A stretch of 64,000 nt of DNA from a bacterium. Lineage in GTDB: Bacteria; Bacteroidota; Bacteroidia; Bacteroidales; UBA1402. The notes under the pieces were generated by a model. It was not told the DNA's origin and did not search any database. It worked only from the letters and a program-made list of their open reading frames with translations. The stretch lies in the NCBI GenBank assembly GCA_963617485.1, contig CAVEPA010000002.1, positions 111,163 to 175,162 of the forward strand, written 5' to 3'. This document shows positions 11,087-20,807 of this stretch, piece after piece. Positions within the stretch are counted from its first letter, which is position 1. Each line of letters begins with the position of its first letter. The translations under genes were made by a program, and so were the position numbers.

Positions 11087-11094
11087 TATCTTTG
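11087..11094 (+). promoter_or_regulatory. -7 promoter element (TATCTTTG) for the CoA-transferase/aroK operon
   Basis: tatctttg lies 47 nt upstream of the ATG at 11141. Confidence 0.5.
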
Positions 11095-11140
11095 CCTGAC
11101 CTCGGAAAAAGACTGTATTTTTATTCAAAATATATAAGTT

Positions 11141-12622
11141 ATGTCATATCGGATCATTACACCACAAGATGCGGCGGAGTACATCCACCACAACGACAAC
11201 ATTGGGTTCAGCGGTTTTACTCCTTCAGGTGCTCCCAAAGTGATAGCGCGCGCCATCGCCGCCAAGGCAGAGGCCGAGCATGCTGCCGGACGGGAATTCA
11301 AGATAGGTGTCTATACGGGCGCTTCCACCGGTGACGATTTGGAAGGCGTACTGGCCAGAGCCAATGCCGTCAAGTACCGTGTTCCCTATCAGTCGAACAA
11401 GGACCTGCGCAACCGTATCAATGCCGGCGATGCCAACTATACAGACGTGCATCTTTCCAATCTGGCACAAGATCTGCGTTGCGGCTTCTACGAGAAAATC
11501 AAGTTGGCCGTTATCGAGGCTGCCGATATCAACGACAAAGGCGAAGTGCTGCTGACCACCGGTGTGGGCATCACACCTACTTTGGCGCGTCTGGCCGACC
11601 ACTTCATCATCGAGCTGAACGCAGCGCATCCCAAATTTATCAAGGGTCTGCACGATATCTATGTTTGCGCCGACCCGCCATACCGTCGCGAAATTCCTAT
11701 CTACAAGACATCCGACCATATTGGCGAACCTATCTTGAAACTCGATCCTGCCAAGATTATCGGTATCGTTGAGACTAACCAGAGAGAACATGTGGCTGGT
11801 TTCTCCGAACCCGATGCCGTTACCCAAGCCATCGGCGACAATGTGGCACGCTTCCTGGTGTCTGAGCTCAAGGCTGGCCGCATTCCTGCCAATTTCCTGC
11901 CCATACAGTCGGGTGTGGGCAATATTGCCAACGCTTTGTTGGGCTCGCTGGGTCAGAATCCCGATGTTCCTGCCTTCGAGATGTACACCGAAGTGATTCA
12001 GGATGCCGTTATCGGCCTGATGCAGGAGGGCAAGGTAAAATACGCTTCCGGTTGCTCGCTGTCCATCACCAACGATGTGCTCAACAATATCTACGACAAC
12101 TGGGATTTCTTCAAGGATAAACTGGTGCTCCGTCCTTCGGAACTCTCCAACAGCCCCGAAATTGCCCGCCGTCTGGGTCTGATTGCCATCAACACAGCAC
12201 TGGAAGCCGACATTTACGGCAACATCAACAGTACGCACGTGATGGGCAGCAAGATGATGAACGGTATCGGCGGTTCGGGTGACTTTACCCGCAATGCCTA
12301 TCTGTCTATCTTTACTTGTCCTTCGGTGGCCAAGGGCGGCAAGATCAGCGCTATTGTGCCTATGGTTTCGCACCTCGACCACAGCGAACATTCCGTTCGC
12401 GTGCTGGTAACCGAGCAGGGTGTTGCCGACCTTAGGGCCAAGACGCCTGTACAACGTGCCCAATGCATCATCGAGAACTGTGTGCATCCCGATTACAAGC
12501 AACTATTGTGGGACTACACCAAACTCTGCAAGACGGCCCATACGCCCCACGATTTGTCCAGAGTCTTCAAGATGCATCTCGAACTTGCCGATTCGGGCGA
12601 TATGCACAACACCCGCTGGTAA
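11141..12622 (+). CDS. Acetyl-CoA hydrolase/transferase family enzyme (succinyl-CoA:acetate CoA-transferase-like)
   Basis: 493 aa starting MSYRIITPQDAAEYIHHNDNIGFSGFTPSGAPK, with internal SGVGNIANA and MMNGIGGSGDF blocks typical of the family. Confidence 0.85.
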   Translation: MSYRIITPQDAAEYIHHNDNIGFSGFTPSGAPKVIARAIAAKAEAEHAAGREFKIGVYTGASTGDDLEGVLARANAVKYRVPYQSNKDLRNRINAGDANYTDVHLSNLAQDLRCGFYEKIKLAVIEAADINDKGEVLLTTGVGITPTLARLADHFIIELNAAHPKFIKGLHDIYVCADPPYRREIPIYKTSDHIGEPILKLDPAKIIGIVETNQREHVAGFSEPDAVTQAIGDNVARFLVSELKAGRIPANFLPIQSGVGNIANALLGSLGQNPDVPAFEMYTEVIQDAVIGLMQEGKVKYASGCSLSITNDVLNNIYDNWDFFKDKLVLRPSELSNSPEIARRLGLIAINTALEADIYGNINSTHVMGSKMMNGIGGSGDFTRNAYLSIFTCPSVAKGGKISAIVPMVSHLDHSEHSVRVLVTEQGVADLRAKTPVQRAQCIIENCVHPDYKQLLWDYTKLCKTAHTPHDLSRVFKMHLELADSGDMHNTRW

Positions 12623-13149
12623 TGAAAACCATATTCCTTGTCGGCTATATGGGCTGTGGCAAGTCGAGTCTTGGCCGGTCTTTGGCTCAGGCGCTTGGTT
12701 GCAGTTTCGTCGATTTGGACGACTATATAGAACAACAGGAACAGACAACGATAGCTTCTCTCTTCTCGCTTCGGGGAGAGGAAGCTTTTCGTTTGTTGGA
12801 AAGGACAACCCTTGAAAAATTGGCCAAAGCACAGGATATGGTGGTGGCCACTGGCGGTGGTGCGGCCTGCTATGCCGACAATATCGACCTGATGAACCGT
12901 CAGGGCATCAGCATCTACTTGCGGGTGTCCGCCCTTGAACTCCAGCGCCGCCTGAGCGTTCCCAAACATCAGGCCAAGCGCCCGCTCATCAGCCAGCTCC
13001 CGGCTGACGAATTGCTCTCCCATATCCAGACCATGCTGCAGCAGCGCGAACCCTATTACCTTAAAGCCCAATACATTGTAGATTGCACCGCTGCCCCCAA
13101 AGCCGAAAACCTGAAAAATATCCTAAACACTTTGCTTGTTGCCGAATAG
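12622..13149 (+). CDS. aroK: Shikimate kinase
   Basis: Starts MKTIFLVGYMGCGKSSLG (P-loop). The ATG overlaps the upstream stop (TAATG). The track's 53-codon N-terminal extension lies inside the upstream gene. Confidence 0.9.
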   Translation: MKTIFLVGYMGCGKSSLGRSLAQALGCSFVDLDDYIEQQEQTTIASLFSLRGEEAFRLLERTTLEKLAKAQDMVVATGGGAACYADNIDLMNRQGISIYLRVSALELQRRLSVPKHQAKRPLISQLPADELLSHIQTMLQQREPYYLKAQYIVDCTAAPKAENLKNILNTLLVAE

Positions 13150-13167
13150 CAATCTTCCCGTATGCAA

Positions 13168-14349
13168 TCAATTCCCGTCTGGCTTGGTTACATCCAGGTC
13201 GGTAGAAGGATACCAAACGAACTTCGTGAAGTCGTCTGGAGTAGCCGGGTTGTAATCAACCCAGGTTGAGCGAAGATACTGCACAAGCGGCAAATCGAAC
13301 TGCTTCATTCCCATCACCACCATTTTGGCCACCTCATACGCTCCATAAGGGTTGAAATGAGTATTGTCTTGTAACGCGGTTGGTTGATTGGGGTAGGTGT
13401 TGGCCGGATAGTGGACCAAAGCCTTCTTGCTGTCTTCGAAGCCCAAGGTCTCGAAGAATGTGCGTGTCATGTCGTGTAGTTCAATGACGGGAACACCCTC
13501 TCGCTTCGCCACGGCACGCATGGCATCGGGATAATCGCCATGTGTCTCTTGTATCTTGGAGTGCGTGTCATCGTCGAAGCGACGGCGCTGTGTAGGTGTG
13601 ACAAAGATGACGTTGCCGCCTTTGGCACGCACCTCGTCAATGAATTTCTTCAGATTGTAGGAGTAATTATACCAGGCTCCCGACCCTGCATTTTTCTCCT
13701 TTTGGTCGTTGTGCCCGAATTCGCAGATGACGTAGTCGCCGGGTTTCATCATAGACAAGACCTTAGCCAAACGCTTCTGAGAGATAAAACTTGTGGCTGT
13801 CAGACCGCTTTCGGCATTGTTGGAGATACATACTTCAGGGCCGAACCAACAAGGTATCATCTGTCCCCAGCTTGCATACGGTTCATGCGACTGATCCACG
13901 ACAGTCGAATTGCCGCAGAGGAACACCGTTGTGGCTGTCGTATCCGGTTCTATTTTGATGCTTTTGACGGCAGGAGCAGAACCGTAGAAGTCGAGTGTCA
14001 ACTGGTCATCCCATGAGCGGCCGCCAACCTCGCGCGATTTAAGGCGAACACTCTCTTTGTCGCTTATCTTGGGTGAGCGTTTGTTGACGACGAATTCATA
14101 GGTCTTGAATTCGCCGCGCTTGGTCGACACTTCGTTGAGCATCAGTCGTCGCGCCTCGGCTCTTACCACAGTTTTGGCCGCTTTCTTCTTCGAGCCGATG
14201 ACGACAGTCACTTTGTAGTTGCCGTCGGGCACATCAACGGAGTAGGTTGTGGGAATCTGTTTGCTCATGTCGACTTCGATGGTCTGGGCCTTTGCCGTCA
14301 TCGGTAATAATAGGGCCAAGATAGCCCAGCATAATTTCTTCGTTTTCAT
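13168..14349 (-). CDS. Secreted SGNH hydrolase, rhamnogalacturonan acetylesterase-like (CE12), with an N-terminal beta-sandwich-like extension
   Basis: Has a signal peptide. SGNH blocks are LCGNSTV, EFGHNDQ and QDNTHF. Confidence 0.8.
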   Translation of the reverse strand: MKTKKLCWAILALLLPMTAKAQTIEVDMSKQIPTTYSVDVPDGNYKVTVVIGSKKKAAKTVVRAEARRLMLNEVSTKRGEFKTYEFVVNKRSPKISDKESVRLKSREVGGRSWDDQLTLDFYGSAPAVKSIKIEPDTTATTVFLCGNSTVVDQSHEPYASWGQMIPCWFGPEVCISNNAESGLTATSFISQKRLAKVLSMMKPGDYVICEFGHNDQKEKNAGSGAWYNYSYNLKKFIDEVRAKGGNVIFVTPTQRRRFDDDTHSKIQETHGDYPDAMRAVAKREGVPVIELHDMTRTFFETLGFEDSKKALVHYPANTYPNQPTALQDNTHFNPYGAYEVAKMVVMGMKQFDLPLVQYLRSTWVDYNPATPDDFTKFVWYPSTDLDVTKPDGN

Positions 14350-14428
14350 ATTTCTTGTATTGTCATTGTCATCGCTAGCACAGCGCGTTTGAAAAGGTGT
14401 CTCTTTATATCATCTACAGTTATGGATG

Positions 14429-14436
14429 CAAAGTTA
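14429..14436 (-). promoter_or_regulatory. -7 promoter element (TAACTTTG) for the CE12 gene
   Basis: Plus-strand caaagtta, 80 nt upstream of the ATG at 14349. Confidence 0.4.
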
Positions 14437-14506
14437 ATTTATTGGAGGACATATGAAGCTAGGGTCTGCGCTTTCTTTGCGATAAGGTAAAAGGTCAACA
14501 TATCGG

Positions 14507-14514
14507 TATATTTG
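14507..14514 (+). promoter_or_regulatory. -7 promoter element (TATATTTG) for the GH2-uxuB-uxuA operon
   Basis: tatatttg lies 93 nt upstream of the ATG at 14607. Confidence 0.4.
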
Positions 14515-14606
14515 TCCGAAAGCGGATTTTTTGCGACATTTGCGTTTCTTTCGCAGGCATCCTCATCGACAACGGTATCGAGAAGCTTAATAATAACCTC
14601 TATCGT

Positions 14607-17000
14607 ATGAACAGACATTTGATATCAAGCTTGGCCCTCCTGCTTTTGCTGGCTGGTTTACCTGCGAATGCGGGCGTACGCGACACCATCAACATCAATC
14701 GGGGATGGTCGTTCCATCGAGGTAACGAAGCTGAGGCCGTAACCATCGATTTGCCGCACGATTTCCAGATTTCGCAGCCTTGGGTAGAACCAGATGCCAG
14801 TGAGCTCCCCGACAACAATGATGTTGCCGCCAATCGTCGCAGCCGCCTCAGTGCCCGCGCATTCAAGGAAATGGGCATTGGCTGGTATCGCTACAGCCTT
14901 ACCCCCGACCAACAATGGAAGGGCAAGCGCATCCTGCTCGATTTCCAGGGTATCATGCTGGTGGGCGACGTCTTTCTGAACGGCCAGCGCATCGGCGGTA
15001 CCGACTACGGCTACCTGGGCTTCGATATGGACATTTCCAATGACTTGAAATGGGACGAAACGAACGAGATTGTTGTCAAGGCAGATACGCGAGACCCCAA
15101 GAACTCGCGCTGGTACACCGGCGGCGGCCTTTACCGCGACGTGAACCTCATCGTGACGTGCAAGGACCTTTACTTCGCGCGCCATCCGCTCTATATCCGT
15201 ACCGAAGGCAACAACAAGGTCAAGATTAAGGCGGAAATTGTCAACCGTCAAAAACGGGCCGTTTCCGTTGAAGTGAAAATCTATAATGCTGAGGGACAGG
15301 TGGTGGCACAACAAAAGACGGACCTTCCCTACGTTGCCCAATGGCGCGACCACGAATTTGAACTGCCCGTGCTTGATATTCCCGCTGCCCAACTTTGGTC
15401 TTGCGAAACACCCTATTTGTATACAGCCCAGGTGAGTCTTTTCGGCAAAGACGGCAACATTGCCGACCAGGTAACCGACCAGTTCGGTATCCGCACCGTT
15501 GAGTTCGGCCCCGATTTCGGACTGAAACTTAACGGCGAGAAGGTGCTGCTCAAGGGCTATGCCAACCATCACACGCTGGGTGCCTTGGGTGCAGCGGCCT
15601 ATCCGCGCGCCATCGAGAAGCGTCTCCGTCTGATGAAGGAGTTCGGCCTGAACCACGTGCGCTGCTCGCACAACCCCTACAGCGAAGACTTTATGGATAT
15701 TTGCGACCGCTTGGGCATCCTCGTTGTGGATGAACTCTACGACAAATGGACCCGACAGGCTGCCGGCGGACGGGTAGAATGGATGGATTTGTGGCAGAAA
15801 GATATTCCCGAATGGGTAAAGCGCGACCGCAACCATCCTTGCGTAGTGCTTTGGAGTTTGGGCAACGAATTGCAGCAGGAGGCATCCATGCCCTTTAACG
15901 ACTGGGGCGTTACCGCCTATAAATTGCAAAAGGAGCTGTTGCATCGCTACGATGATACCCGCCTGACCACGGTGGCCATGCACCCGCGTTATCGCAATTG
16001 GCAAACCGATTCCTTGCCCTGCGACTTGGCGGTGGAAACCGAAGTGAACTCCTACAACTACCGCTATATGTATTTCCCCGGCGACAGCAAACGCTTCCCC
16101 GACAAGATATTCTACCAGAGCGAAGCCAACAAGACCGGCATGGGCCCGAACTTTTTCGAAATGAATCTTGACAAGGTGGTGGGTTTGGCTTATTGGGGAG
16201 CCATCGATTATTTCGGTGAGAGTTTGGGCTGGCCCGCAAAAGGATGGAGTCAAGGTGTTTTCGATATTGCCTTGCAACCCAAGCCCGATGCCTATTTCGT
16301 CAAGAGTATGTTTTCCGACCAACCCGTTGTGCATATCGGTATCGTTGAACATACTGGCAAGAACTCGCAGTGGAATGGTTTTGATATCGGTTCTTCAAGG
16401 CTTTCTGAAAACTGGAACCGTCAGGCCGGCGAAAAGCTGACGCTCTTTACCTACACCAACGGCGACGAAGTGGAACTCTTGCTCAATGGCAAGAGTCTGG
16501 GTGTGAAAAAGAACACGCTCGACCCCAAGCAGCGCAACCGTATCAGGTGGGACAATATCGTTTATGAACCCGGCAAGTTGGTGGCCATAGCCCGTCAGGA
16601 CGGCAAAGAAACGGCCCGTCATCAGATAGAGACAACGGGGCCGGCCGTGAAGCTGAAATTGGAGCCGGATGTCCAGACTTGGTTGGCGGACGGAATGGAC
16701 TTGATGCATGTGCGCGTGTATGCTGTCGATAAGAAGGGCCGTAGAGTTCCCTTGACCGATGACAAACTGCGATTCTCTGTCACGGGCCCGGCTGCTATTG
16801 TTGCGGTAGACAACGGCAATATCGTTTCAGACGAGCTCTCTACCGGCAATTGTCAGTTGGCTACCGAGGCGGAGCGCAGTCTCTATGATGGTTCGGCTTT
16901 GGTTATTCTCCGTTCCAAAGATGTGGCAGGCAAAGTGACGCTCAGCGTTGCCTCCGACCAATACAAGACAGCAAACAGTATTTTAAAGACGACAAAATAA
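14607..17000 (+). CDS. Secreted glycoside hydrolase family 2 (beta-galactosidase-like; specificity not determined)
   Basis: 797 aa with a signal peptide. Contains the RGWSFHRGN sugar-binding N-terminus, the acid/base block HPCVVLWSLGNE, and the nucleophile region IFYQSEA. Confidence 0.85.
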   Translation: MNRHLISSLALLLLLAGLPANAGVRDTININRGWSFHRGNEAEAVTIDLPHDFQISQPWVEPDASELPDNNDVAANRRSRLSARAFKEMGIGWYRYSLTPDQQWKGKRILLDFQGIMLVGDVFLNGQRIGGTDYGYLGFDMDISNDLKWDETNEIVVKADTRDPKNSRWYTGGGLYRDVNLIVTCKDLYFARHPLYIRTEGNNKVKIKAEIVNRQKRAVSVEVKIYNAEGQVVAQQKTDLPYVAQWRDHEFELPVLDIPAAQLWSCETPYLYTAQVSLFGKDGNIADQVTDQFGIRTVEFGPDFGLKLNGEKVLLKGYANHHTLGALGAAAYPRAIEKRLRLMKEFGLNHVRCSHNPYSEDFMDICDRLGILVVDELYDKWTRQAAGGRVEWMDLWQKDIPEWVKRDRNHPCVVLWSLGNELQQEASMPFNDWGVTAYKLQKELLHRYDDTRLTTVAMHPRYRNWQTDSLPCDLAVETEVNSYNYRYMYFPGDSKRFPDKIFYQSEANKTGMGPNFFEMNLDKVVGLAYWGAIDYFGESLGWPAKGWSQGVFDIALQPKPDAYFVKSMFSDQPVVHIGIVEHTGKNSQWNGFDIGSSRLSENWNRQAGEKLTLFTYTNGDEVELLLNGKSLGVKKNTLDPKQRNRIRWDNIVYEPGKLVAIARQDGKETARHQIETTGPAVKLKLEPDVQTWLADGMDLMHVRVYAVDKKGRRVPLTDDKLRFSVTGPAAIVAVDNGNIVSDELSTGNCQLATEAERSLYDGSALVILRSKDVAGKVTLSVASDQYKTANSILKTTK

Positions 17001-17011
17001 ATTCTAATAAA

Positions 17012-17824
17012 ATGTCAAGCTTATTCAACATCAAAGACTACGTGGTAGTCATCACCGGCGGCACGGGTGTGCTGGGCCGTGCCATTGCAAAGTATCTCGC
17101 GCTCGAAGGCGCAAAAGTTGTCATCTGCGGACGCAAGGAGGATGTCGGAGCAGCTATTGTGGCTGATATCACCGCTGCGGGCGGCGCTTGCGAATTTGTC
17201 AAGATGGATGTGATGGACCAGGCTCTGGTACAGCAGTGCTGCGACTATATTGTCAAGAAATATGGTCGGGTGGATACGCTGCTCAACGCTGCTGGCGGCA
17301 ATATGAAAGGTGCCACCATCGGCCCCGACCAAACCTTCTTCGACCTTAGTGCCGAGGCTTTCCAGACCGTACTCGGCCTTAACCTTACCGGGACGGTGAT
17401 TCCGACTCAAGTTTTCCTCAAACCTATGGTGGCTCAAGGCAAGGGTAGCATCATCAACTTTTCGTCGATGGCGGCTTTCCGCCCGATGACACGCGTGTGC
17501 GGTTACGCGGCTGCCAAGGCTGGCATTTCCAATTTTACGGCTTACATGGCCCATGAATGTGCTTGCAAGTTCGGCGAAGGTATCCGCGTCAACGCCATTG
17601 CCCCGGGCTTCTTTATCACCGAGCAGAACCGTGCGCTCTTGACCAACCCCGACGGCAGCTACACACAGCGCGGCCAAGACGTAATCCGTCAGACTCCTTT
17701 CGGCCGTATGGGTCGACCCGAAGAACTTTGCGGCACCATCCATTACCTGATGTCGGATGCGGCCAGCTTCGTTACCGGCACTGTGGCTGTGGTAGACGGC
17801 GGTTTCAATACTTTTACAATGTAA
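17012..17824 (+). CDS. uxuB: Short-chain dehydrogenase/reductase, D-mannonate oxidoreductase-like
   Basis: 270 aa with VITGGTGVLGRA (NAD-binding) and a YAAAKAG catalytic Y-x3-K. It lies directly upstream of uxuA, as in Bacteroides hexuronate operons. Confidence 0.7.
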   Translation: MSSLFNIKDYVVVITGGTGVLGRAIAKYLALEGAKVVICGRKEDVGAAIVADITAAGGACEFVKMDVMDQALVQQCCDYIVKKYGRVDTLLNAAGGNMKGATIGPDQTFFDLSAEAFQTVLGLNLTGTVIPTQVFLKPMVAQGKGSIINFSSMAAFRPMTRVCGYAAAKAGISNFTAYMAHECACKFGEGIRVNAIAPGFFITEQNRALLTNPDGSYTQRGQDVIRQTPFGRMGRPEELCGTIHYLMSDAASFVTGTVAVVDGGFNTFTM

Positions 17825-17842
17825 TTTTATTCCGATAGAATT

Positions 17843-19123
17843 ATGGAAAGAACTTGGAGATGGTTTGGTAAGAACGACAAGATTACGCTTGCCATGCTCA
17901 AACAAATAGGGGTTGAAGGCATCGTGACGGCTTTGCACGATGTTCCTCTCGGTCAGGTATGGACACGCGAGAAAATCCGCGACCTCAAGCAGTATATCGA
18001 ATCTTATGGTCTGCGCTGGTCGGTGGTGGAATCCTTGCCCGTAACGGAAACCATCAAGTATGGTGGCCCCGACCGTCAGCAACAGATTGAGGTCTACCAG
18101 GAGTCTTTGGCCAATCTGGGCAAGGAAGGCATCCATTGCGTTTGCTACAATTTTATGCCTGTGCTCGATTGGGCACGTACCGACCTTAACCACGCCAACC
18201 CGAACGGCACTACCAACCTTTATTTCAACTGGGCTGAGTTCGCCTATTTCGATATCTATATCTTGCAGCGTGCCGGGGCGAAAGAAGAGTGGGAGAACAT
18301 CGTGAAGGGTAATGGCTCAACGGTTTCCAAGGCGCTTTGCGGCCGCGACCTGCTGGCAGAGGTGGAAGCTATTCATGCCCAAGCCAACGCCAAATACGAC
18401 CACGATTTGGTGGAAACCATCGTCATCAAGACCCAGGGTTTTGTCAGCGGCAACTTCAAAGAGGGAGATGATAAACCTGTCGAGCTTTTCCGTCAGTTGT
18501 TGGCTCTTTATCAAGGCGTTACCAAAGAGCAGCTCCGCGACAACATGAAGACTTGGCTCGAAGCCATCATGCCCGTTTGCGACGAGTACGACATTGATAT
18601 GTGCGTACATCCCGACGACCCGCCCTTCCCCATTTTGGGCTTGCCGCGCATTGTCAATTCCCGCGAAGATATTCGCTGGTTCCTCAATGCCGTACCTAAT
18701 TTGCATAATGGCCTTACCTTCTGCGCCGGTAGCCTGTCGGCCGGCGGACACAACGACATCACGGCACTCGCCGAGGAGTTCCATTCCCGCACGCATTTTG
18801 TACACCTGCGTTCGTGTCATATCTTCCCCAACGGAGACTTTACCGAAGCCAGCCATCTTGGCGGGCGTGCCGACCTTGTCGCTTTGGCCCATATATTCGA
18901 GAAGGAAGAACAGGAACGAATCCGTACGCGTCAGGAAGCCACCCGAAAACTGCCTATGCGAGTCGACCATGGTATGACTATGCTCGGCGATGCCGACAAA
19001 GGATACAATGCGGGCTATTCCTTTATGGGACGTATGTTCGGACTGGCGCAAGTGCAGGGTATCCTCTGTGCTGTCGACAAAGAACTGGGCATCAAGTATA
19101 CCCAGCCCGGATTTTTCGAGTAA
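17843..19123 (+). CDS. uxuA: Mannonate dehydratase
   Basis: The N-terminus MERTWRWFGKNDKITL and the block VCYNFMPVLDWARTDL are typical of UxuA. Confidence 0.9.
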   Translation: MERTWRWFGKNDKITLAMLKQIGVEGIVTALHDVPLGQVWTREKIRDLKQYIESYGLRWSVVESLPVTETIKYGGPDRQQQIEVYQESLANLGKEGIHCVCYNFMPVLDWARTDLNHANPNGTTNLYFNWAEFAYFDIYILQRAGAKEEWENIVKGNGSTVSKALCGRDLLAEVEAIHAQANAKYDHDLVETIVIKTQGFVSGNFKEGDDKPVELFRQLLALYQGVTKEQLRDNMKTWLEAIMPVCDEYDIDMCVHPDDPPFPILGLPRIVNSREDIRWFLNAVPNLHNGLTFCAGSLSAGGHNDITALAEEFHSRTHFVHLRSCHIFPNGDFTEASHLGGRADLVALAHIFEKEEQERIRTRQEATRKLPMRVDHGMTMLGDADKGYNAGYSFMGRMFGLAQVQGILCAVDKELGIKYTQPGFFE

Positions 19124-19135
19124 GATGTTAGTTAG

Positions 19136-20680
19136 CTATAACCGCCTCTCGGCCCAGTCTTCGCGGTCGAGTTGGCGGTAAGAGATGGCTTCTGCCAAGT
19201 GTTGTGGGGCTATCTGTGCGCTGCCTTCCAAATCGGCGATGCTACGGGCCACTTTGAGGATGCGGCTGTAGGCGCGGGCTGAAAGGTTCAGTTTCTCCAT
19301 GGCATTGCGCAGCAGCGCCTGCCCTTGTCTGTCGATAGTGGCGTGGGTCTGCAGGAGCGAAGCGTCCATTTGTGCATTGCAGTAAACACCCGGCGTGTCG
19401 GCAAAGCGTTCTTGCTGAAGAGCACGGGCCTGCACCACACGTTGACGTACGCTCTCGCTTGACTCCTCTTTTTGCCGGCTACTCATGTCGTCGTACGACA
19501 AAGGTGCAATCTCTATCTGCAAGTCGAAGCGGTCGAGCAGGGGGCCGCTGATGCGATTCAGATATTTTCTTACTTGACCGGGCGAACATACACAAGGTTT
19601 GGTTGGATGATTGTAATAGCCGCACGGGCAGGGATTCATCGAGGCAATCAGTATAAAATCGGCCGGGAAATCCACGCTGTAGCGCGAGCGCGAGATGTGC
19701 ACACGGCGGTCTTCCAAGGGTTGGCGTAACACTTCCAGTACCGAACGTGGAAATTCTGGCAGCTCGTCAAGATAGAGAACGCCGTTATGCGCCAGCGAAA
19801 TCTCGCCCGGTTGCGGATGGTTGCCACCGCCAATCATGGCTACGGCACTGATGCTGTGATGCGGTGAACGGAAAGGTCTGATGCTGAGAATCTGGCCGTT
19901 TTCGCCCGTCTTGCCGGCCACGGAATGTATTTTGGTGGTTTCGATGGCCTCTTCTCTCGACATGGGTGGCAAGATACCCGGTATGCACTTGGCTATCATC
20001 GACTTGCCGGCTCCAGGCGGCCCTATCATGATAAGATTGTGCCCTCCGCAGCAGGCTATCTCGACGGCGCGTTTCACACTGGCTTGCCCTTTGACCATGC
20101 TCAGGTCTTCGGGGCAGAGGTGGCCCGCCGCGTCCGCGGCGGGCCCCTCATCGCAAAACGCAGCCATCGCTTTTTCACCGCACAAATGCGTCTTCAGTTC
20201 TTTGAGATGATGCACGGCAAAAACCTCCAAGCCTTCGATGGCCGAAGCTTCACGCGCGTTCTGGTAAGGCACGTAGAGTTTGTGTAACCCCAACTCTTTG
20301 CAAAGCACCGCTACCGGCAATACCCCGTTGACCGCTTGCAAACTGCCGTCCAGCGAAAGTTCGCCGATGAAAAGGCTGTCTTCTACCGCTTCTTTGGGAA
20401 AATGATCGCCGGCCAACATTAGCCCAACGGCCAAGGGAAGGTCGTAGCTGGTACCCTCTTTGCGGATATTGGCGGGCGACAGATTGACAATAACCTGTTT
20501 GCGAGGAATGTTCATTCCGTTCATCTGCAGGGCCGAAGCAATGCGCTCGTGGCTTTCTCTGACAGCGTTGTCGGGAAGTCCGACAATGGAGAATCGGATG
20601 CCGCGCGATACGTGAATTTCGATGGAAACGGGCAGGGCCTCTATGCCCTGAAGAGCCGCTGTGTGAATTCTTACAAGCAT
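19136..20680 (-). CDS. yifB: YifB/ComM-family Mg-chelatase-like AAA+ ATPase
   Basis: Starts MLVRIHTAALQGIEALPVSIE, with Walker A GPPGAGKSM and Walker B GVLYLDELPEF. The start is set at ATG 20680 because a promoter motif lies inside the track extension. Confidence 0.9.
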   Translation of the reverse strand: MLVRIHTAALQGIEALPVSIEIHVSRGIRFSIVGLPDNAVRESHERIASALQMNGMNIPRKQVIVNLSPANIRKEGTSYDLPLAVGLMLAGDHFPKEAVEDSLFIGELSLDGSLQAVNGVLPVAVLCKELGLHKLYVPYQNAREASAIEGLEVFAVHHLKELKTHLCGEKAMAAFCDEGPAADAAGHLCPEDLSMVKGQASVKRAVEIACCGGHNLIMIGPPGAGKSMIAKCIPGILPPMSREEAIETTKIHSVAGKTGENGQILSIRPFRSPHHSISAVAMIGGGNHPQPGEISLAHNGVLYLDELPEFPRSVLEVLRQPLEDRRVHISRSRYSVDFPADFILIASMNPCPCGYYNHPTKPCVCSPGQVRKYLNRISGPLLDRFDLQIEIAPLSYDDMSSRQKEESSESVRQRVVQARALQQERFADTPGVYCNAQMDASLLQTHATIDRQGQALLRNAMEKLNLSARAYSRILKVARSIADLEGSAQIAPQHLAEAISYRQLDREDWAERRL

Positions 20681-20713
20681 AAAATATGTTAATACGGTGT
20701 TAGAAAGGATATG

Positions 20714-20721
20714 CAAAGATA
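20714..20721 (-). promoter_or_regulatory. -7 promoter element (TATCTTTG) for yifB
   Basis: Plus-strand caaagata, 34 nt upstream of the ATG at 20680. Confidence 0.5.
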
Positions 20722-20765
20722 ACACACAATTTACATTAACAGCAAGCAGTTAGTCAAAAAATATG

Positions 20766-20773
20766 TACTTTTG
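20766..20773 (+). promoter_or_regulatory. -7 promoter element (TACTTTTG) for the DUF1846 gene
   Basis: tacttttg lies 35 nt upstream of the ATG at 20808. Confidence 0.5.
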
Positions 20774-20807
20774 CCGCTTGATTATTTGGCATAAAAATTT
20801 CACCGCT

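Noticed and set aside
14607-17000. The GH2 next to uxuB-uxuA might be a beta-glucuronidase (GUS).
   Set aside because: About 60 residues after the nucleophile region (YQSEA), GUS enzymes carry the glucuronate-recognising N-x-K motif (GNKKG in E. coli). This protein reads GWPAKGWSQGVFD there, with no Asn-x-Lys. Without that motif I cannot call it GUS. It is left as GH2 of undetermined specificity.
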